From an uncultured Pelagibacteraceae bacterium (GTDB lineage: Bacteria > Pseudomonadota > Alphaproteobacteria > Pelagibacterales > Pelagibacteraceae), in contig CACJHW010000003.1 of NCBI GenBank assembly GCA_902593285.1, positions 25,260 through 89,259 of the forward strand: 64,000 nt of DNA. Direction: 5' to 3'. The translations under genes were made by a program, and so were the position numbers. Below the pieces are notes generated by a model. The model was not told the DNA's origin. It made no database searches and worked only from the letters and a program-made list of their open reading frames with translations. This document shows positions 57,991 to 64,000 of the stretch, in pieces. How positions within the stretch are numbered: the stretch's first letter is position 1; each line of letters opens with the position of its first letter.

Positions 57991-59907
57991 ATGCCGATAA
58001 TAACATTACCCGACGGAAACAATATTGATTTTCCTAATAAAGTTACTGGATTAGAAGTAGCTGAAAAAATTAGCAAATCATTAGCTAAACAAGCTATGGT
58101 CATAAGTGTTGATGGTGAACTTAAAGATCTTGATTTTCTAATTGAAAATGATTGTTCTGTAAAAATTTTTACCTCAAAAAATCCTGAGGGCTTGGAAACT
58201 ATAAGGCATGACACAGCTCATATTTTAGCTATGGCTGTTCAAGAATTGTTTCCTGGCACACAAGTTACAATTGGACCAGTTATAGAAAATGGATTTTATT
58301 ACGACTTTGCTAGAAAAGAACCATTTACAGAGGATGATCTAGTGAAAATTGAAAATAAAATGAAAGAGATTGTTGATAGGAATGAAATAACAAAAAGAGA
58401 AGTTTGGGATAGAAACAAAGCAATTAGCCATTTTAAAAAAAAAGGAGAAATTTATAAAGCTGAGCTTATTCAAGCAATACCTGAAAATGAAGATGTATCA
58501 ATTTATTTTCATGGAGAATGGCATGATTTATGTAGAGGTCCACATCTTTCCTCTACAGGTAGAATAGGAAAATATTTTAAACTTACAAAAGTATCAGGAG
58601 CATATTGGAGGGGAGACTCTAATAATGAAATGTTGCAACGAATCTATGGTACGAGTTGGGCAACTCAAAAAGATCTAGATGAGTATTTAAAAAGAATAGA
58701 AGAAGCAGAAAAAAGAGATCATAGAAAATTAGGTAGAGAAATGGATTTATTTCATTTTAGAGAAGAAAGTCCTGGCTCAGTATTTTGGCATGAAAGAGGA
58801 TGGGGTTTATTTCAGAAGCTCATTAACTACATGAGAAGCAGACAAGATGCTGCTGGTTATAAAGAAGTAAATACTCCAGAGGTACTAGATAGACAACTAT
58901 GGGAAAAATCTGGGCATTGGGAAAAATATGGAGAAAACATGTACACTTCTGAAACACCAGATGAGAAAGTTTTTGCAATTAAACCAATGAATTGCCCTGG
59001 ACATATCCAGGTATTTAATCAAGGCTTAAAAAGTTACAGAGATCTTCCTTTACGTTTTGCTGAATTTGGAAAAGTTCATCGTTATGAGCCATCAGGTGCT
59101 TTACATGGGTTATTAAGAGTAAGAGCTTTTACTCAAGATGACGCCCATATTTTTTGTACTGAAGATCAAATTACTAGTGAATGTTTGATTGTTACAAATT
59201 TAATATTAGATATTTATAAGGACCTTGGTTTTACAAATGTAATTCTGAAATATGCAGATAGACCAGAAGTAAGAGTTGGCGATGATTTAGTATGGGATAA
59301 AGCAGAAGCATCTTTACTTGAAGCTGTTAAAGCTTCTAAATTAGAATATACTATTAATAAGGGTGAGGGAGCATTTTATGGTCCTAAAATTGAATTTGTT
59401 TTACGAGATGCTATCGGTAGAGATTGGCAATGTGGAACTTTACAAGTAGATTTAAATTTACCTGGAAGATTAGATGCTTCTTATGTTGACAAAGATGGAA
59501 CTAAAAAGGTTCCTGTTATGTTGCATAGAGCGTTATTTGGTTCTCTAGAGAGATTTATTGGAATTTTAATTGAAAACTATGCAGGCAAGTTTCCATTTTG
59601 GATATCTCCTTTGCAGACTATGGTAATACCTATTTCAGAAGAATTTAACGACTATGCAGTTGAGGTATCAAAAAAAATTAAAAGTTCAGGCATAAGTTCT
59701 GCAGTAGATTTAAAAACTCATAATTTAAATTATAAAATTAGAGATCATTCTTTAGCAAAAATACCGCTTTTATTAATTTGTGGTAAAAAAGAAGTTGACT
59801 CCAATTCAGTAACGATTAGAAGATTAGACTCTAATAAACAAGAAAATATGGGTATAGATCAATTCTTAAAAACATTCTCTGCTTTAAATAAAGCATCATC
59901 AAATTAA
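57991..59907 (+). CDS. thrS: threonine-tRNA ligase
   Basis: TGS domain, RHDTAH, DLCRGPH, KPMNCP, HRYEPSG, QCGT.Q.D. Confidence 0.98.
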   Translation: MPIITLPDGNNIDFPNKVTGLEVAEKISKSLAKQAMVISVDGELKDLDFLIENDCSVKIFTSKNPEGLETIRHDTAHILAMAVQELFPGTQVTIGPVIENGFYYDFARKEPFTEDDLVKIENKMKEIVDRNEITKREVWDRNKAISHFKKKGEIYKAELIQAIPENEDVSIYFHGEWHDLCRGPHLSSTGRIGKYFKLTKVSGAYWRGDSNNEMLQRIYGTSWATQKDLDEYLKRIEEAEKRDHRKLGREMDLFHFREESPGSVFWHERGWGLFQKLINYMRSRQDAAGYKEVNTPEVLDRQLWEKSGHWEKYGENMYTSETPDEKVFAIKPMNCPGHIQVFNQGLKSYRDLPLRFAEFGKVHRYEPSGALHGLLRVRAFTQDDAHIFCTEDQITSECLIVTNLILDIYKDLGFTNVILKYADRPEVRVGDDLVWDKAEASLLEAVKASKLEYTINKGEGAFYGPKIEFVLRDAIGRDWQCGTLQVDLNLPGRLDASYVDKDGTKKVPVMLHRALFGSLERFIGILIENYAGKFPFWISPLQTMVIPISEEFNDYAVEVSKKIKSSGISSAVDLKTHNLNYKIRDHSLAKIPLLLICGKKEVDSNSVTIRRLDSNKQENMGIDQFLKTFSALNKASSN

Positions 59908-60453
59908 GTGGCAGAATTCAAACAAAATTATTTTCAAAGAAGAACTAAGGACAGAGGTCCAAGATCTAATAATAGAATTTCTTCTCCAGATGTACAAGTT
60001 ATAGCAAGTGATGGTGAGAATCTTGGAGTGATGAATACCAATGAAGCTATTTCTATGGCAAAAAATCAAGGTTTAGATTTAATTGAAATAGCAGCTAACG
60101 CAAATCCTCCTGTATGTAAAATAATGGATATGGGCAAATATAAGTATGATGCTCAAAAAAAAGCAAATCTTGCAAAGAAAAAACAAAAAATTGTTTCTTT
60201 AAAAGAAATTAAAATGAGACCTGTTACGGAAACTCATGATTATGAGTTTAAAGTTAAAAATGCAAAAAAATTTATAGCTAAAGGAGATAAGGTCAAATTC
60301 ACTATAAGATTTAAAGGTAGAGAACTTCAGCATTCTCATCTAGGAAATGAACTAATGGGCAAAATTAAAGAAGACATGAAGGATATTGGGAAGGTAGAAT
60401 TGCATCCCAAGTTTGACGGGAAGCAAATGATCATGGTAATTCAGCCTTTATAA
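59908..60453 (+). CDS. infC: translation initiation factor IF-3
   Basis: GLDLIEI..NANPPVCKIMD.GKYKY, KEIKMRP, GDKVK..IRFKGRE; GTG start. Confidence 0.96.
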   Translation: MAEFKQNYFQRRTKDRGPRSNNRISSPDVQVIASDGENLGVMNTNEAISMAKNQGLDLIEIAANANPPVCKIMDMGKYKYDAQKKANLAKKKQKIVSLKEIKMRPVTETHDYEFKVKNAKKFIAKGDKVKFTIRFKGRELQHSHLGNELMGKIKEDMKDIGKVELHPKFDGKQMIMVIQPL

Positions 60454-60466
60454 GCTTTAATAGAGG

Positions 60467-60495
60467 TTGTAAAATTATATCTTTCTTTGTATAAG
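60467..60495 (+). promoter_or_regulatory. putative sigma70 promoter of rpmI-rplT
   Basis: TTGTAA-17 nt-TATAAG then GC-rich TCCGC. Confidence 0.55.
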
Positions 60496-60506
60496 TCCGC
60501 AGAATT

Positions 60507-60713
60507 ATGCCAAAACTAAAAACAAAAAGCTCAGCAAAAAAAAGATTTAAAATATCCGCTAAGGGTAAAGTTATTTCTGCTCAAGCAGGTAAAAGACATG
60601 GCATGATCAAAAGAACGAATTCACAAATAAGAAAACTTAGAGGCACTACAACATTATCTAAACAAGATGGAAAAATTGTTAAGTCATACATGCCTTACAG
60701 TTTAAGAGGTTAA
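60507..60713 (+). CDS. rpmI: 50S ribosomal protein L35
   Basis: [15 protein letters not shown]...[10 protein letters not shown]. Confidence 0.96.
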   Translation: MPKLKTKSSAKKRFKISAKGKVISAQAGKRHGMIKRTNSQIRKLRGTTTLSKQDGKIVKSYMPYSLRG

Positions 60714-60715
60714 TA

Positions 60716-61072
60716 ATGGCAAGAGTTAAAAGAGGTGTAACTAGTAAAGCTAAACATAAAAAAGTTTTAAAAGCTGTAAAGGGTCAATGGGGCAGAAGAA
60801 AAAATACCATTAGAGTTGCTAAGCAAGCTATGGAAAAATCCATGCAATACGCTTACAGAGACAGAAGAAATAAAAAAAGAGATTTTAAATCATTGTGGAT
60901 ACAAAGAATCAATGCTGGAGTAAGAGCTGAAGGCTTAACTTATTCAAAATTTATCAATGGTTTAAATAAATGTGGTATTGCAATAGATAGAAAAATTCTT
61001 GCTGAAATTGCTTACGATAGCCCAGAAGCATTCAAAACAATTGTACAAAAAGCTCAATCAGCTTTAAATTAA
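60716..61072 (+). CDS. rplT: 50S ribosomal protein L20
   Basis: [33 protein letters not shown]. Confidence 0.97.
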   Translation: MARVKRGVTSKAKHKKVLKAVKGQWGRRKNTIRVAKQAMEKSMQYAYRDRRNKKRDFKSLWIQRINAGVRAEGLTYSKFINGLNKCGIAIDRKILAEIAYDSPEAFKTIVQKAQSALN

Positions 61073-61115
61073 TCTTCGCTATTGTTTTTATTTCTTAAGG
61101 AAATAATCTACTAAT

Positions 61116-62183
61116 ATGTCAGAGATAAAAAATATTAGAGATCAGTTTATATCAAAGCTTGAAAATGATTTAAGCATTGATCAAATAAATGAAATCAAAA
61201 CCGATCTCTTTGGTAAAAATGGTTTAATTTCATCAAAATTTAAAATAATAGGATCAATACCAGAGACCGATAGAAAAAAATTTGCATCAGATTTAAATCA
61301 AGTTAAAGACGAACTTCAGAATTTGATAACTTCTAAAATTAGCGAGATAGAAGGAAAAAAAATAAACGAAAAATTAGAAAAGGAAAAAGTTGATATAACT
61401 TTGCCTGAAAGACCATTCGTTATAGGAAAAGTTCATCCAGTATCACAAACTATTGATGAAATTTCATCTATTTTCTCTGAAATAGGATTTAGTGTTGAGG
61501 AAGGCCCTGATGTTGAAAATGAATACAACAACTTTACTGCACTAAACACACCAGACAATCATCCAGCGAGAGATATGCATGATACATTTTACTTAGATGA
61601 AAACAAAGAGGTTTTGTTACGAACTCATACTTCACCTGTTCAAATCAGAACTATGTTAAAAGACAAACCTCCATTCAAGATCATTGCTCCTGGAAGAACT
61701 TATAGATCTGATAGTGATCAAACACACGCACCAATGTTTCATCAAGTAGAAGGTTTGCATATTGATACAAATATTAATATGGGGCATTTGAAAGGATGCT
61801 TGAATTATTTTATTAAAGAATTTTTTGAAGTAGAAAAAATTAAAATGAGATTTAGACCTAGTCATTTTCCATTCACAGAACCATCTGCTGAAGTAGACAT
61901 TGGTTATGAAATAAAAGATGGAAAAATAATTATTGGAGAAGGAGATAAGTGGCTTGAAATTTTAGGTTGCGGTATGGTGCATCCTAATGTCTTAAGAAAT
62001 GTAAAAGTAGATCCTTCAAAATATCAAGGATATGCCTTTGGAATAGGTATAGACCGATTAGCAATGCTTAAATATGGCATTAATGATTTAAGAGCTTTTT
62101 TTGATTGTGATTACAGGTGGCTAAATCATTTTGGTTTTGATCCACTTGATGTTCCTTCAAATTACAGAGGTTTAAGCAGATGA
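61116..62183 (+). CDS. pheS: phenylalanine-tRNA ligase alpha subunit
   Basis: [42 protein letters not shown]. Confidence 0.98.
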   Translation: MSEIKNIRDQFISKLENDLSIDQINEIKTDLFGKNGLISSKFKIIGSIPETDRKKFASDLNQVKDELQNLITSKISEIEGKKINEKLEKEKVDITLPERPFVIGKVHPVSQTIDEISSIFSEIGFSVEEGPDVENEYNNFTALNTPDNHPARDMHDTFYLDENKEVLLRTHTSPVQIRTMLKDKPPFKIIAPGRTYRSDSDQTHAPMFHQVEGLHIDTNINMGHLKGCLNYFIKEFFEVEKIKMRFRPSHFPFTEPSAEVDIGYEIKDGKIIIGEGDKWLEILGCGMVHPNVLRNVKVDPSKYQGYAFGIGIDRLAMLKYGINDLRAFFDCDYRWLNHFGFDPLDVPSNYRGLSR

Positions 62184-64000
62184 AGATTACATATGATTGG
62201 TTAAAAGATCATTTAAAAATAAGTGCTAAAGAAGATAAACTTCTTGAGAAACTTACAGACATAGGTCTTGAGGTTGAGAGTATAGAAAATTTATCAGAGG
62301 GATTAGACTTATTTAAGGTAGCAAAAATTATAAAAACAGAAAAACATCCTAATGCAGACAGACTCAAAGTTTGTGATGTTGATGTTGGTAATAAAGAGAT
62401 CAAAAAAGTTGTTTGCGGTGCTAAAAATGCAAGAGAGGGGCTTCTTACTGTATATGCTCCACCAGGCGCAATAATCCCAAAAAACAAAACTAAACTTGTT
62501 GTTGCAAAAATAAGAGATGTTACATCTTATGGAATGCTCTGTTCTGAATCTGAGTTAAATTTATCAAATGAAAGTGATGGGATTACTGAGCTGTCGTCAT
62601 CGAAATATGCCAAAAATATTGGAAAAAGTTATTTTTCTAAATCAAGTTCTAATCTTATCGATTTATCAATTACACCAAATAGGCCAGACTGTCTTGGTGT
62701 TCGGGGTATAGCGAGAGACTTATCGGCTGCAGGTTTTGGAAGCTTAAAACTAGAAAAAGATAAAAAAATTAAATCTAATAAAAAACAGAACTTAAAGGTA
62801 AAAATAACAAAAGAAAAAAATCAAGGCTGTTTATCTTTTGGTAGCTGCTTAATAACTAACGTCAAAAATACAGAAAGCCCTCAATGGTTGAAAGATAAAT
62901 TAATTTCCATAGGCCAAAAACCAATTTCTGCAATTGTGGATATTACCAATTATATCATGATTGATATTAATCGTCCTTTGCACGCATACGATGCTGACAA
63001 AATTGATAAGGGAATAATTGTTAGAAATTCAAAATCTGGAGAAGAATTTACTGCTCTAGATAATAAAAATTATAAACTAGATGATGGAATGTGTGTAATA
63101 AGTGATAACAAAGGCGTCTTAGGCCTAGGAGGAATTATTGGAGGAACAAGATCTGGTACAGAATTAGATACAAAAAATGTTTTATTAGAGTCGGCTTATT
63201 TCGATCCAAGATCAATTAGAAAAACTGCTAAAAAATTAAATATCGATACAGATGCTAAATTTAGATTTGAAAGAGGTATTGATCAGTTGTCTATTGAAGA
63301 TGGATTAAATAAAGCAGCTTTTTTAATTAAAGAAATTTGTGGTGGTGAAATTAGCAAAATTGATGTTCAAAAAATTGAGTCTTATAAAAACAAAGTAATA
63401 AAATTTGAATCAAAAACGTTTGAAAAAATTACTGGTTTTAAAATTTCTACCAAAGAAATGATAACTATTTTAGAAAAACTTGGTTTTAAATTAAAAAAAG
63501 AAAAAAAATTCTTTAAATTATCAGTTCCATCTTGGAGACCAGATATTGTTCAGGAAATTGATATAGTTGAGGAACTTGTAAGAATTAGTGGCTATGAAAA
63601 AATAAAATTACAAAATCCTATTAAAGAAAGATCAAAAAATACTTTAAATCCAACTCAAAAGTTATTTCATTTTCTTCAAAGGGCAGTAGCATCTAAAGGG
63701 TATTTGGAAGCAATTACGTGGTCTTTTACTGACTCTAAATATAATGACCATTTTAAAGAAGGCAGAAAAGAAATAAAAATTGTAAATCCAATCAGCTCTG
63801 AATTGGGAGTATTAAGAAATTCTATTTTTTCAAATTTAGCAATGTACATGAGTAAAAACTTAGATAGAGGAATTAAAGATTTATCAATATTTGAAATAGG
63901 GCCAATATTTTATGGTTCAAAACCTGGAGAACAGAATACAGTTGTTTGCGGATTGTCAGCTGGAAAAAAATCTAGACTTTCATGGATTGAAAAAGAGAGA
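62180..64000 (+). CDS. pheT: phenylalanine-tRNA ligase beta subunit (partial, runs off window)
   Basis: ATGA overlap with pheS; [45 protein letters not shown]. Confidence 0.96.
   Translation, partial: MKITYDWLKDHLKISAKEDKLLEKLTDIGLEVESIENLSEGLDLFKVAKIIKTEKHPNADRLKVCDVDVGNKEIKKVVCGAKNAREGLLTVYAPPGAIIPKNKTKLVVAKIRDVTSYGMLCSESELNLSNESDGITELSSSKYAKNIGKSYFSKSSSNLIDLSITPNRPDCLGVRGIARDLSAAGFGSLKLEKDKKIKSNKKQNLKVKITKEKNQGCLSFGSCLITNVKNTESPQWLKDKLISIGQKPISAIVDITNYIMIDINRPLHAYDADKIDKGIIVRNSKSGEEFTALDNKNYKLDDGMCVISDNKGVLGLGGIIGGTRSGTELDTKNVLLESAYFDPRSIRKTAKKLNIDTDAKFRFERGIDQLSIEDGLNKAAFLIKEICGGEISKIDVQKIESYKNKVIKFESKTFEKITGFKISTKEMITILEKLGFKLKKEKKFFKLSVPSWRPDIVQEIDIVEELVRISGYEKIKLQNPIKERSKNTLNPTQKLFHFLQRAVASKGYLEAITWSFTDSKYNDHFKEGRKEIKIVNPISSELGVLRNSIFSNLAMYMSKNLDRGIKDLSIFEIGPIFYGSKPGEQNTVVCGLSAGKKSRLSWIEKER

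Noticed and set aside
363-62487. Numerous antisense/shadow ORFs in the track (e.g. 363-689, 2047-2571, 4218-4607, 9586-9789, 31778-32026, 40212-40520, 45589-45915, 62209-62487)
   Set aside because: They lie opposite well-conserved genes, are F/L/S/I-rich mirror translations and have no recognisable motifs

Overview
Very AT-rich, densely packed bacterial chromosome segment with minimal intergenic DNA. Gene content and order (metK-nusA-infB-rbfA-rpsO-pnp, fabI/B/A-irr, coaBC-ubiB-ubiE/mutM-rpsT-dnaA-dnaN, argH-lysA, helicase-fdxA-carD, gltDB, thrS-infC-rpmI-rplT-pheST) point to a streamlined alphaproteobacterium, most likely Pelagibacterales/SAR11 (inference). It is mostly core genome: about 55 CDS and two tRNAs (Leu-CAA, Arg-ACG). 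I saw no CRISPR array, IS element, integrase or prophage. The most striking item missing from the ORF track is a self-contained transcription unit at about 30.8-31.04 kb. It has a sigma70-like promoter, a palindrome made of two GANTC/GcrA-type motifs, an SD, a 30-aa protamine/histone-H1-like peptide (22 of 30 residues Lys/Arg) and a terminator, and it converges on a CarD that itself carries a long Lys-rich N-terminal arm. Other points: a 9-unit RAAYG repeat in the pnp leader, an orphan rimP-leader-like attenuator, ICE boxes around an irr-rubrerythrin module, 25-bp direct repeats upstream of dnaA, a lipoyl-domain-fused AceE, a possible acetoacetate-funnelling TAXI-TRAP cluster, a tRNA-Arg with A53-U61, and two further small genes not correctly called by the ORF track.
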